From Chrysemys picta bellii (Eukaryota), in contig NC_088794.1 in assembly GCF_011386835.1 (NCBI RefSeq), positions 76,012,001-76,076,000 on the forward strand: a stretch of 64,000 bases of DNA. The letters run 5' to 3'. The position numbers and the translations under genes are program-made. The notes below the pieces were generated by a model. That model made no database searches and was not told the DNA's origin. It saw only the letters and a program-made list of their open reading frames with translations. Positions 12,294 through 24,806 of this stretch are shown one piece after another (the stretch's first letter is position 1; each line of letters opens with the position of its first letter).

Positions 12294-13339
12294 AAATTGT
12301 GGAAAAGCAACGTCACTTGCCCCATAATCTCAGCCATGCTGAACACAACGCCATCTACAGCCTCAGAAACAACCCTGACATCATAATCAAAAAGGCTGAC
12401 AAAGGAGGTGCTGTGGTCATCATGAATAAATTGGAAGATGACCAAGAGGCTGCTAGACAGCTCTCTAACACCACATTCTACAGGCCATTATCCTCTGATC
12501 CCACTGAGGATTACCTAAAGAAACTACACCATCTGCTAAAAAAACTCCCTGACAAAGCACAGGAGCAAATCTGTACAGACACATGCCTAGAACCCTGACC
12601 AGGGGTATTCTATTTGCTACCCATAAACCTGGAAATCCTGGACGCCCCATCATCTCAGGCATTGGCACCCTAACATCAGGCTTGTCTGGTTATGTGGACT
12701 CTCTCCTCAGACCCTACGCTACCAGCACTCCCAGCTATCTTCGAGACACCACTGACTTCCTGAGGAAACTACAATCCATCGGTGATCTTCCAGAAAACAC
12801 CATCCTGGCCACTATGGACGTAGAAGCCCTCTACACCAATATTCCATACAAAGATGGACTACAAGCTATCAGGAACGGTATCCCCGATAATGTCACAGTT
12901 AACCTGGTGGCTGAACTTTGTGACTTTGTCCTCACCCACAACTATTTCACATTTGGGGACAATATATACCTTCAAGTCAGCGGCACTGCTATGGGTACCC
13001 GCATGGCCCTACAGTATGCCAACATTTTTATGGCTGACTTAGAACAACGCTTCCTTAGCTCTCGTCCCCTAACGCCCCTACTCTACTTGCACTACATTGA
13101 TGACATCTTCATTATCTGGACCCATGGAAAAGAAGCCCTTGAGGAATTCCACCATGATTTCAATAATTTCCATCCCACCATCAACCTCAGCCTAGATCAA
13201 TCCACACAAGCGGTCCATTTCCTGGACACTATTGTGCTAATAAGCGATGGTCACATAAATACCACCCTATACCGGAAACCTACTGACCGCTACACTTACC
13301 TACATGCCTCCAGCTTCCATCCAGGACACACCACACGAT
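12292..13339 (+). pseudogene. PLE reverse transcriptase domain, disrupted
   Basis: Motifs ADKGGAVV, GRPIIS, TMDVEALYTNIP, GTAMGT, YIDDIF, HFLDT, LYRKPTDR; in-frame TGA at 12596-12598 and a frameshift shortly after. Confidence 0.93.
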
Positions 13340-13975
13340 GCCAACCTTTCACACATCCTCTATACCTGTCTAAAAATGCATGTGTTCAGGAACACCATAT
13401 TCAGTGCTCTCTCAAAAACTTTAAGGGTTGCTATCTTTCTTTCTCCAAACTTGTGTATTTTACAGGTGCTGGATGAGCTGGTATTACCAGTTAACATTGA
13501 GAAATGGATTCCAGTAACTATTTTAGTACCCAGAAGAGTTATTTTGAGAAAATGGAACTCTGCCGTTCCTCCCTCATAAACAGACTGGCATAGTGAGCTC
13601 TTTACTGCTGCATTCATGGAAAAAATGACTCTGTCTAATAGAAATGCTTGGGGCGGGGGGAATGAGGGTGTCTGCTCACACACGAAACTATTGCATACTT
13701 TTGCAGTTTAGTATATAATAGTCCCCGATATACATAGGTTATGTTCTGTTATTTATCTATTTAGTCACTTAAATAATTAATACCCTGCATGACCTCTGTG
13801 GGTTCAGGATTTTTTGTTTGGTTATGTTTTGTTTTTCCAGGTTTTATAAATAATGAGCATTGAATTTTTTAATGTATATGGTGTTTCCATCTTGTGCATG
13901 TATTTACATACGTTTTGTTTTATGTGTTTATATTTTATATACAGTCAATACAAATAAAAGTTTTTTAAAAAGAAG
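13340..13975 (+). pseudogene. L1/Tx1-type LINE 3' end fossil (ORF2 C-terminus and 3' UTR)
   Basis: Translation HILYTCLKMHVFRNTIFSALSKTL...RRVILRKWNSAVPPS*TDWHSEL...FMEKMT resembles the non-mammalian L1 ORF2 C-terminus; AATAAA and A-rich tail near 13953-13972. Confidence 0.6.
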
Positions 13976-14819
13976 TTAATGGAAGCTTTACCATTTACTT
14001 TATTATTTGTATTACTATACTATAGAGTCTAGGAGCCCCAGTCACAGACCAGAACTTCATTGTGCTAATCACTATACAAACCTAGAGGAAAAAGACAGTC
14101 ATTGCCCCAAAGAGGTGTAAGATTAAGCCTTAAGTAATAATAATTTTAAATCTTAAAAAATAGCAGCAACAACAACAAGGGATTGGATGACGCAAGGAGC
14201 TGATTGTTAATGGGATATGGATCATTTCACCTCAGCATTCAGATTACCTGTTTAAATCTAGGTTAGGTCAGTGGCAATGGAGAGATTTTATGTTGGCTGT
14301 TTGGGGACCAATGCAAAGTGAGCAGGTGGTACAATGTGTTCTGATCTCCAGTCACAAAACCATTGCAATGTCAGGTGTTAACTTACTGCCTTGGGGGCAC
14401 TCTGAGAGGGGAAGTCAAGGATAAAATGAACTCAGACACTGAATTACCTACTTTCCCCTAGTGGTCCCTCCAGGCTAGGATTGCAGCACATTTGTTTAAG
14501 TGTGGGGGAAGCTTGCACTGCTATTGCCCTTGATAGCACCTTTCACCAGAGCTACATTTATTACAAAAACAAACAAAACTAGATGCAGTGATTGAAAAGT
14601 GGCCCAGCACCACCCCAATTCAACATGTGCTCTGCATTGCTGCCGGATGAATTTACCAGCTATAGATTTAAAATTTTTATTAAAGTTAATATTTAAAATG
14701 AAATATACACATTGCATCTCCACCACTGTGTTGTCAATCTAGCCTCAAACAAATGTTGGGGAGTCCAGTAGTATCTAGAAGAACAAGTCTCTTTCATATT
14801 AAGCCAGGTATCCTCCCAG

Positions 14820-15372
14820 TAGGGTTACCATACGTCCGGATTTTCTCAGACATGTCCGGCTTTTTGGGCCTCAGATCCCCGTCCGGGGGGAAATCCCAAA
14901 AAGCTGAACATGTCCGGGAAAATAGGGAGGGGCCGGCGCCGCTGGGTGCTGGGCCGGGGGCCGGGGCCGGCGGTGCTGGGCTGGGGGTGCTCGGCCGGGG
15001 GCTTGCCCTGGGGCGCAGGGCCGGGGGCCGGGCCGGCCCCGGCAGTGCGGGGCCGGGGATGCTGGGCCAGGGGTGCTCGGCCGGGGGCTGGCCCGGGGCC
15101 GGCACCCCAGGAGCCGAGCCAGGCTGGAGACGCTGGGGCCGGGGCCGGCTGCCAGAGGGAGCCGCTCGGTTGGGGGGGCCAGACTGGGCCACGCCTCCTC
15201 CCCTTTATCCCCCCAGCTTACCTGCTGCCTGCTTCAGGCTTCCCGCAAATCAAATGTTCGCGGGAAGCAGGGGAGGGGGCGGAGTTGGGGCGGGGGCATG
15301 GGCGGGGCTGGGGGCGGGGCCGGGCCCCCATGGAGTGTCCTCTTTTTGGACACTCAAAATATGGTAACCCTA
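14820..15372. mobile_element. hAT (Tip100-like) MITE, same family as 543-1353, opposite orientation
   Basis: TIRs TAGGGTTACCATA / TATGGTAACCCTA; TSD CCTCCCAG / GCTCCCAG (7 of 8); subterminal sequences are reverse complements of those of the 543 element. Confidence 0.92.
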
Positions 15373-15899
15373 GCTCCCAGGTTTCTGTTGTAATAATAAG
15401 GCTAAGTTCTTTTCCCCATTTTTCTTTGAGACAGAGGTAGAGAGGATAATGCAAAGCATTAAGCCACCACACATAATTCCTACAAAGTGACTTTTGATTT
15501 CATATTTCTTAACATGTTCTTTTAAAGGAGAGAAAGTTGAAACAGAGCAGTTGTCTCCATCCTTCAATGAATCCTTGAGCATAGCCTCTGAAAGAAGGAA
15601 CTTTGAGACAGCGGTAGCTGATATTTCTTACACATGTAACTGAAGGAGACCAGTCTACCATCTTATAATATGTCTTTAATTTTTGTTAACCCTTTTCCTA
15701 TCCAAATTGTTTTAAGCATGGAGTTAGCCTTGACCATGACGCACGGGTTACCTCACAGTGGAACGAGAAGAAAATTAGTAAGATTGGATGCTGTAACAGG
15801 CTTAACGTTGCAGGGAGCCCCATGTAGATACAAAAATTGGATTGGATTTTCTCTTAAGGGCATGGGTAACCCCTTAAGGTATATAAAAGAAGGGAGGGA

Positions 15900-16530
15900 A
15901 CCAAATGGCATAGCTAAGCTTTTTTCAATCTTAAAACCAGGCTGGGGTATATACAGAGCTACTGGAGGGGAACCACCTAATAATAGGATGCATTTGGAAT
16001 GCTAGATAATATAGATACATATCTGGCGACCCCGTACCTCCAGTTGCCAGGATATTTTAAGTGTCTTGGTGACAAGAGAGGCTGTTTTTTATCCCATATA
16101 AATTAAATAATAAACCTGTTTATTTGAACAAAGAGCAAGGGAGAGACCTTGAAAGGCAATAGGCTAATGATACAAGTTATTTTTGGGCAGATATTCATTT
16201 TGGCTATTTCTATTCTCCCCAATAAGGACAGAAGGAGGAGACACAACTCCTCTACATCTTTGGAAATTTCTTTTAATAGATAGTCCATATTTATAGAAAC
16301 AATTTTGGAAAGATAGGACAAATGTTGACCCCTAAATAAGTTATTTCCTTGCCTATTTGAAATGGAAAATGCTGAAATTGAGAAGAATCTGGTCTTTGGG
16401 ATATACCCATTGCTTGTGTTTTATTCCAGTTAATGCGAAAACTAGAGATTTTTCCAAAAATATCAACTACATTCAGTAATGATGGATTCCATTAACTTCT
16501 GTGATGCTGGATCAGGCATTTAATCACAGC
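15900..16530 (-). pseudogene. L1/Tx1-type LINE RT fossil
   Basis: Minus-strand translations DIFGKISSFRINWNKTQAM, ITYLGVNI, LSLLGRIEIAKMNICPK and FIWDKK match conserved L1 ORF2 blocks in the expected order; stops and frameshifts present. Confidence 0.7.
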
Positions 16531-16959
16531 AGAAATGAAACAAAAGTTATTTCTTTCCCCAATTGTTTTGGTTTAATTGAAATACACACAAAAAGATGTG
16601 AATAGATATGAAAAGCCAGGCACACCCTGTACATTTGGAAAGTTTCCACAACAACTCCTTAAATCAGAAGGAGAACAGGACTTTGAAAGGCTCAGAACCT
16701 AGAATATAAATGATCTGTTCTCTATCACGTTCTCCCGCTGAGCTTTACCCCATCACGACTACTGGCTTAAATTAGCATGCCATTGTAAAGGAAAATGTCA
16801 AGATAAAAACAAAGTATCTTAAAAATAAATTCCTTCCTTGCATTACTAACAGTCTTATAAATTATTATCAGAGAGTCCTTTAAAATCTAATTAACTTTTC
16901 ATTATTTATCTCATGTTTTCTCTTTGAACATCATTGGTCATACATGATGAAACTCGATT

Positions 16960-17140
16960 GGCCACAGACCAACCCCTAAACAATGGGGATTAGAAACTTT
17001 TCTTGTGAGCAGGTTATTCCATAACTACCTTCTGTAGTTTCTTACACCTTCCTCTAAAGCATTTGGTACTGGATGCTGTCAGAGACAGAGTGCTGGACTG
17101 CATGGGCCACTAGTTTGATCCATTATGGTAATTCCTCTAC
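16960..17140 (+). mobile_element. CR1 LINE 3' end fragment
   Basis: CR1 3' UTR-like GGTACTGGATGCTGTCAGAGACAG...GGACTG...TGATCC and a degenerate terminal repeat. Confidence 0.6.
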
Positions 17141-17264
17141 TCAAGTTTTCCTGGGGCATCTTGGGAATTGGTACTGCACCTCCCATGGCCAGGCCCACTA
17201 TGTATATAATATATAACTAAGCAGGAGACAGGGAAGCTAAAGTGAAATCTTCTCCTCTAGCTGA

Positions 17265-17507
17265 GGTCTGGTTTACACTTAAAATTTAGATTGACCTAGC
17301 TATGTCACTTAGGGTGTGAAAAATTCAGATCCCAAACCAAAGTAGTTAAGCCAACCTACCCCCACAGTGTAGACATCACTAGATTGATGGAGGAATTCTT
17401 CCATTGTCCTAGTTACCATCACTCAGGAATATGGATTACTTACATCAATGGAAAAAAACATTCCATCAATAGAGGAAGACAGCTGTGCCTATAGGGTAGA
17501 CATGACC
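17265..17507. mobile_element. Harbinger MITE (same family as 9802-10062)
   Basis: TIRs GGTCTGGTTTACAC / GGTAGACATGACC; TGA TSD on both sides. Confidence 0.75.
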
Positions 17508-18329
17508 TGAATCAACTTGAACCTAGCTGGTCTCAGCTGGACTTTGCTCTTGCATAGATCACAGTGTATTCTAAACAGTTACAGCATGGAGTTTCTACAG
17601 CTGGCACCAGCCCTGGATCAAGAGCCTGTTCAGTCCAGTGTGAAAGAGTAAAGAGATTTTTATTTGCACATTTCTCTTCACCTCAGAACATTGACAACTA
17701 ATTAACTCTATTAAGACTTCAGTCCACGTTTGCTTGAAACATTAAGCAACAAACAGATTGAATCCATCTAAGTCTCTGCTGGCCTTCGACCAACAGAACA
17801 AGTATGAAATATGATACTAGATGAAATAATGCTCTCTCTCTTAAAGGAAGTGTTCAATAGGACAACACAAGATGCATGGATGGACTCTTCATCCCCAACC
17901 TGCATAGTCCATTAAAATAAAATGAAGCATATTTAACAAAAAATTAATACCACTCTGTTTTCTCCAGAAGAGGTACCCATAACCACTGTGCATGAATTCA
18001 TTATCCATCATGGTCCCCATTCCCTAAACAGTGATTTGGATGTAAATGTAATGAGTTTATTCTGAACAGATTGTGGCCCTGATATTAGATTTCTTTGGCA
18101 AAAGTTTTGCATGCATTAGCAGTACATTAAGGAGGCACATTAGATTAGGGTTTACAGTGAATGCTTTTCTGCAGGAAGTACTGGAACAGAACGTCCCATA
18201 AACAGCTAAAATAGCAGGGTAGCTGTCCTGATGTGTCAGCCACTCAGTGCTCTCTGCTTTGGAAAGGTCAGAGTGCAGCATGACAAGATAAGGGCTTTAG
18301 AATGTGCAGTGGCCCTTGGAACACTCCCA

Positions 18330-18482
18330 TGGGATGGGCATTATTAGGCAGATGGGGAAACTGAGGTACAGTTTGAAATTATGTGACTTTCCCGAAGTCA
18401 CACAGCAAGTTGGTGGCAGAGTTGGGAATAATACTGAGGTCTTTTGTCTCTAAGGCCTCTGCTTTAAACTCAAGACCATGCT
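18330..18482 (-). mobile_element. CORE-SINE fragment
   Basis: Reverse CORE motif CAGATGGGGAAACTGAGG...GTGACTT. Confidence 0.55.
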
Positions 18483-20472
18483 TTCAGGACACAGGTTCAT
18501 ACCTGGCTTAGGCTGGGAATTAAATGTTTCATTACAGGCTAGTTCCTGGTAGCCTCAGTTGTTCATTTTACTACTCCCCCATGTTGAGCAGCACAACTAG
18601 AAATCTTGACTCAGCTAAAGAATAGAATGGGGATAGCCAGGGAGGCTGCAAGTCAAGACCGAGGTGCATTTTCTGAGCTGTGTGGAGCCCCAAACTGTAA
18701 TAGCTGCACATATTGAGGCTCAAGAATGGGATGTGGAGTAATGGGTGGGGTGGGGAGTGGGCAGAGCTCTAATAGAAGTGGATGCTCCTGCAGGTGAGGA
18801 GTGAAATACAGTGGTAGAGGAGCCTGGAGTCCAGGACTGACATAACAGGGAGCACTGTCAGCAGCAGTGTTTGTGGCTCTGTTCAGTACCAGCAGTATCT
18901 CACTTTCAAAGGCATAACACTCACCCTTAAATTATTAAGTACCCAGAGTTCTTAGATTAAATTAGCTGTCATTGATCACATTGGGGTTGGGTGCGTTACA
19001 ATGATCACATGCCAGGTTGCCCTCAGAATAGCTTATGGCTTGTGGGCATTTGCAGTCCGGGGCATTCTCTGAAATTTTCCTCATGGTACACACAACTGCA
19101 CCACACTCACCCTGCAGTGGCAGTTTGGCTCTTGTCCTGAGGGACTGGGCCTTGCTCCCTGCTCCGGGAATTGCACCCTGGTGCTTGGAGTTGCATGACA
19201 GAGAGGCCACTGGGCCAAAGTTCAGTGAGTGGCGTTGTGAGCTGGTGAATTGGGTCACGATATCACTTGGTTTGGGGCCCTCTCAAACAGGGTACCCATG
19301 GCAAACTGCTTCTTTTGCCCCCCATCTGGGTGGCCCTGCCCCCCAATTGGTGCCCCTGCCAATAATACGCACTGTGCACACTGTCCATACATCTGCAGGC
19401 ACCATTGTTTACAGTCTTTTCCAGTCAGACTTACTGTGCAGAAACAAACACATGACAAAAAAGTGTCTTCTGGGAGATTCAGCATTTAATGGAGGTGCCT
19501 TGGGAATGCATCCATATCTTGATCTATCCATCTGATCCTTTGTTATGCCAAAGAGAGCACCTAGGCACTGGTGTGTTAGTTGTTGTTTTTTCTCTGGCTG
19601 ACTGGTACATCAGTCAAACAAGTTGACATCATCCCTAGATCTCACAATGGGAATATTGTACATTGACTGCAGGCACAAATCCTTATTCAGCAATAGGAAT
19701 CATGCCTACCATACGAATCATAGGGCTTGAATTGAAGGGGTACTGAGGACTGGCACAGCCTTAAAAATGGCATTGTTAGACCCAGAATTTGTCTCCACAT
19801 TCCCAAAATTACAGTTGTTGTTTACCCTCCATACTCCCCCACCCATCTCCCATTCCCCTGATAAAAATCATCTGCCTCTGAAATGGGTATTACAACCGTG
19901 CTAGAATCAACTAGGTTGGGTAGAGCCATCCCCCATCTTCATTCCAAAACATCCAGGACACTCCTTATTATCTTGAGTCTGTCTTACAGGAGTCTCAAAT
20001 TTATCCTGCGTCTCTTGATGCAATGCTGCGAAGGAGCATCCCAGCCTGCATCTTCATGTGGTGATGTTGAGTTAGTAGGAGGTGATGTAATGCTATGATG
20101 TAACTTCATCATACCGTGATACAAACATCACAGTGTTGCAGCATGGGCTTTATTGTATTTCCCAAGTCCCAACAACAGAACATTCACCCTCAAATGAATA
20201 AGAACCTAGATTTGTTGTGTTAAATCAGTTCTGTGTCACTGACTACAGTGGGCAGAATTTATTTCGGTATCTTTGGACACATCCTACATCAGATAGGTGT
20301 TTAGGTGCAAGTATTTTGGCCTGCAGGAGAACTGCCTAACGACAGAAACCCTAAGGCTTCGTCGAAACTGCAGACCAAAGGTTGTTGGGATCCCAGATAA
20401 ACATGTGTTCATCATGCCATCTATCTACACTCGATGGCTTTGTGGTTGTAATATATAGGGAAGTAGTGTCGT

Positions 20473-20700
20473 CTAGCAGTGGGTTAAGCCTGGCACTTAC
20501 TGTCAGAAGCTCCAGAATTCTAATACTTGTATTGCCACAGTTTGATCTTGAACAAATCACTTATTGCCTGATTTTTAAGAGTAGTTGAGTACATCCAGCT
20601 CCTATCAAACTCTGAAAAGCAGACAAGTACCCTCGTTGCCTCAGTTTCCCCCCCTCTATAAAATGGGGATAATACTTTACCTCAAAGGCAAGTTGTGATT
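20473..20700 (+). mobile_element. CORE-SINE
   Basis: tRNA-like head plus GCCTCAGTTTCCCC...TAAAATGGGGATAATA. Confidence 0.55.
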
Positions 20701-20870
20701 TTTATTTAAATCATTATAATACAGCACCCCAGATGTGTGACATATTACTGCGCTAAACACATGGTCGATGTAAAGTGATATCAGTGCGGAAAACCTATTA
20801 CTAAAATACCTTTTATCATGTGGGATCCCCAAGCATTTAATAAAATATACTTATAAAATAATCACTTCAC

Positions 20871-21119
20871 CAGGGCCGATGAGAGGGAGGGGAAACCGGT
20901 ACAAATTACCAGGACCCGGCAGTCTGGAAGGGGGCCCGGGACCCGGCTTCCCCCCGCTCTTGTCAGCCCTGTTTAGCCGGTCCGTCCTTGCTGGGGGGCC
21001 CGAAAAAATTCTGGGGGCGGTTTCCCCCCTCTCGTCAGCCCTGTTTAGCCGGTCAGCCCTTGCTGGGGGGGCCCGAAAAATTTTTTCACCGGGGCCCGAA
21101 CCCGCTCTCAGCGGCCCTG
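20871..21119. mobile_element. hAT MITE with an internal tandem duplication
   Basis: TIRs CAGGGCCG / CGGCCCTG; perfect 8-bp TSD CACTTCAC at 20863-20870 and 21120-21127; a unit of about 65 bp (TCAGCCCTGTTTAGCCGGTC...GGGGCCCGAAAAA) occurs twice. Confidence 0.9.
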
Positions 21120-21466
21120 CACTTCACCCATCACTGAAATTTAGCCACTTCTAAAGTGGAACATATCAGGTGATTAACAGTGCACAGAGTTACTATATAA
21201 TAGTTCAGGACAAGAAGCAAAGAAGAATCCCTTGTCTAAGCAGAATTTAGAACATATCAATCTAAATTGAAATTCTGTCAGCACTTATATCCCTGTTTGA
21301 ACCAAGGGTGTCATAGGACCTTTAAGCAGTTAAGACCCTGCTTGTAACATTTCATTGAGAAACAGATGATCTCAAAACCCCTACTTAAAATGATTTGGGG
21401 GGGGTGGTGGAAAGTCCCTTAGAGAGAAATAATGGCTACAGTGAGAAAGACACTGGTGAGATTGAC

Positions 21467-21547
21467 CCAGATCTTCAAAGGTATTTAGGTGCCTACCTCC
21501 ATTGATTTAAATGAAAATTGGGAGCCTAAATACCTTTGAAAACCTGG
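21467..21547. repeat. Short imperfect palindrome (MITE-like)
   Basis: CCAGATCTTCAAAGGTATTTAGG ... CCTAAATACCTTTGAAAACCTGG. Confidence 0.6.
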
Positions 21548-22173
21548 ACTTTGTCTTTAATATTTTCCCTGTATGGCACTTCAAAAGGAACAAATAAGCA
21601 TTTGACATGCTGGTCAATGGAAGGTCTTTGTTTACATTAGCAGGTTACATTAACAGTGTATGGAGGAAGTGGTGTGTTAGTGAATCATAGAGGAATATGC
21701 TGCATTTTTTCCAAGTGATGCAAGGACACTTTTTTCCCCTAAAGTAGAAGTTCAGATAATTCTTTAAGGATCAGCAGAAATTCTGGTTTCATTCAACTTT
21801 GGAAGGCAAAGTCTGTAATTAAACAAAGTCCTTCCTTCCTGGAACAGGAAATGTAAAAATAAGGATAGTGTATTTCCAACTTCTGCTAAGGGAGGTGAGA
21901 ATATAGCCACTTCTTTTTGCCACAAGACTGTACGTACATCTTATTTCTTGAAAGAGACAGATTTCAAATATGCATGTCCCCATATAATAATAAACATGGT
22001 GAACTAAACAGTTTCAGATATAAATATGCTTATATGTGTTTCTTTTACAGCAGCATATGGGCAAGATGAAGGCATACAGAACTTCCATCCATCCATCCTG
22101 ATTTCCAAGGCAGCTGCAGCATGTGCTAGTGGACTAGACATGGGACTGAGAACAAGGGATTCCTGTGTTCTGG

Positions 22174-23323
22174 TAGGGTTGCCAACAGTCTAATCGCACA
22201 AACCCAAACACCCTTGCCCCGCCCCTTCTCTGAGGCCTTACCACCTGCTCACTTCATCCTCCCTCCCTCCGTTGCTCGTTCTTCCCAACCCTCACTCACT
22301 TTCACCAGGCTGGGGGCATGGGGTTGGGGTGCAGGAGGCAGGGCCAGATTAATGCAGCGGCTTTAGGGGCTGCAGCCCAGGACGTTGGGCTAAGGGGGGG
22401 CCCACAGGCCGGATGCAGCCCGTTGCTTCTTTTCATCCAGCCTGCGGCAAGTCTTCATGCCGCAGGCCAGACACCAGTCCCCGAGCCTTGGCACCTCCCC
22501 CGGGGCTGGAGCCACGAATGCTGGCTTGATGATGTGCCCCTGCGGCCCCTAGGCAAGGGGCGTTCAGGGAATCTTGACGTGCTGCCCCTGCCCCCAGCAC
22601 CATCTCCGCAGCTCCCATTGGCCGGACACTCCCAGAGCCCACACCCCGAACCTCCTGCTGCACCCCAACCCCCTCTTCCATCCCTGGCCCCACCTGAGAG
22701 CCCACTCCCCCAGCTGGAGCTGGAACCCCCTCCTGCATGCCAATTCCCTGCCCCAGCCATGAACCCACTCCCGCACTCCAAAACTCCATGGACCCCAGAA
22801 AATCCAATAGCCCCGGGCCCACAGGAGAGTTAATCCGGCCCTGGCAGGAAGGGTTGTGGTGTGCGGGTTCTAGGAGGGAGTTTGGGTGTGGGGTGCAGGC
22901 TCTGGGCTGGGGAACTGGGTTGGGGTACGGGAGGGGGTGAGGGGGTGCAGGCTCCAGCCGGGCGGTGCTTACCTAGGGCGGCTCCCGAAAGCGACTGGCA
23001 CATCTCTCTGGCAGCAGCTCCTAGGCGGGAAGGACAGGGGGTCTTTGTACGCTGCCGCTGCCCACAGGCACCACCCCCAGAGTTCCCATTGGTCACAGAT
23101 CCCGGCCAATGGGAGCTGTGGAGTCAGTGCTCAGGGCGGGGGAAGCTTGTGGAGACCTCCAAGCCCCACCCAGGGGCCATAGGGACATGCCGGCCGCTTT
23201 TGGGAGCGGCATGGAGCCAGGGCAGGCGAGGAGCCTGCCTTAGCCCCGCTGCGCCACCGGACTTTTAGCACCTAAAATCTCCCGGTTTGGCTTCAGTAGC
23301 CTCTGGGAGGATTGGCCACCCTA
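22174..23323. mobile_element. hAT (Tip100-like) MITE interrupted by a nested MITE
   Basis: TIRs TAGGGTTGCCAA / TTGGCCACCCTA; flanks GTTCTGGT / GTTCTGAT resemble an 8-bp TSD. Confidence 0.85.
22339..22843. mobile_element. Nested hAT MITE
   Basis: TIRs CAGGGCCAGATTAA / TTAATCCGGCCCTG; TSD GCAGGAGG / GCAGGAAG (7 of 8). Confidence 0.85.
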
Positions 23324-24702
23324 GTTCTGATCCTGGCTTGGACATTGATTCTCCCTGTCCCTTTGGTCAACTCACTTAAAGCTACATTTTTAAAAAGTGG
23401 GTACCTCAGTTTTTGGGTGTCCAACATGTGCCTCATTTTCAGAAGCATTGCACACCTAGAAATCTAGTTTGCAGTCAGCAGGAACTGCAAGCATTCTGAC
23501 AATCAGAACTCAAGCATCTCAGATTGGGCATCCAAAATCTAAAGGCACTAAAAATCAGAAGACATCTTGTAAAACAAAGACCTTAACCTTTCTGCCTTTG
23601 TTTGCCCACCAATACAATGGTGACCGTAATCCTACCTCACAGAGAAGTTATTAAAGTTAATGGAAAGCATTATAAATCCTAAATTTACCAAAATATACAT
23701 AAAACCCTCCTGCAGATGAGGCAGTAGAATTCCACCTATTTGGACAACAGTCCCTTGCAAAACACTTCCCAAATATTGGCTAATAGGAATGGACTCCAAT
23801 ACAAGCACTCCCTGCTCTGCTTCTCCTGCCACAGGAGCCAGAGGAGCAAATTCTTCAGGTTGGACTTTGGGGGCAGTCAGAGGATAAAAGAAAGGAGTCA
23901 GTTATGTTTGAGGGGAATGGAGGTGGAGAAAAATTGTTTCACAGGTGCTCCCAAAACTACTAAGGCCAGCTCTGCTCCCTGCCAGTGCTGGATAGTTCTC
24001 TCCTGAACATTTGCTAGGGCTTTCTTCAATGTATACGGCCTGTATTCAGCTACTTCTGGAAATATGATCTGTGTGATAAGCTGGAACTGAGTCAATGCCC
24101 TAGACTAGGGAACAGGATACAGGAGGACTTTATTACGACTTGGGTTTCCTGGAGGGAAGTCCAGTCAAAGAGGTGGCTTGCATTCTCCCCGGGGCTATTG
24201 TTCATTCAGACTTGGACCCTGGCCTTTTCTGTTTATTTATCCAGACTGAGCATCTCCTTGCATGCCAGTCCTCCTGTATACAGTAAACAATGGCAGCTCA
24301 TTGTAGTGGTAATAAATGCAGCAGTAGCTATGACCTTCCTCCTCTTCCTAGGATCATCTGATAATCTGAGTTCCCTCTGCCCTCTTCCTGCTTGTTGCCA
24401 GGCTCAGGCAAGAACACAATAATATGTATTTTCTAGAATTTCATTCCTGGTCTGAACAACTATATATAGGCACTTTCACCAGCAGAAAAAGCTGTGGTTA
24501 ACTTGAAATTTTGTTTGTTTTTGTTCAAAGTCCCATTTTCACTTGCTCCTGCCTTTCTCAAAGATTCTCCTTTGGGGTTGGAATTTGCCATACTTGTCTC
24601 TGCAATTTGTGTTTGTGTGTGTGAAAGAAAAGTTTGAGGACGATCCTGTTGATTGTTTTTGAAATACAAATGTGAGTATGGGGTACAGGGGAGAGACACG
24701 GT

Positions 24703-24806
24703 GGACCAGATCCTGAGCTGGTATAAATCAGTGTAGCTCCATTGGCTTTTGTGCTCAGTGATGTAAATGGAGGTGCACCGATTTATACTAGCTTGGGACC
24801 AGGCCC
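24703..24806. repeat. Short imperfect palindrome (MITE-like)
   Basis: GGACCAGATCCTGAGCTGGTATAAATCAGTGTAGCTCCATT ... AATGGAGGTGCACCGATTTATACTAGCTTGGGACCAGGCCC. Confidence 0.65.

Larger units (their letters stand above)
11129..13339. mobile_element. Penelope-like retroelement (Neptune-type), 5'-truncated with internal inversion
   Basis: pLTR at 11129-11256, GIY-YIG/thumb region on the minus strand, RT core on the plus strand; no TSD seen. Confidence 0.95.

Noticed and set aside
11447-12445. 332-aa ORF as an intact stand-alone endonuclease gene
   Set aside because: Its first 51 aa are antisense RT read through the inversion junction. It is a chimeric frame, not a native gene, although incidental translation cannot be excluded.
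12583-13476. 297-aa ORF as a functional RT
   Set aside because: The upstream part carries a stop and a frameshift, the thumb is separated by the inversion, and the C-terminus reads into flanking DNA.
14753-15472. ORFs of 204, 176 and 132 aa
   Set aside because: Same artefact, inside the GC-rich MITE 14820-15372.
22318-23268. Cluster of 100-171 aa ORFs
   Set aside because: They lie within nested GC-rich MITEs and are low complexity.
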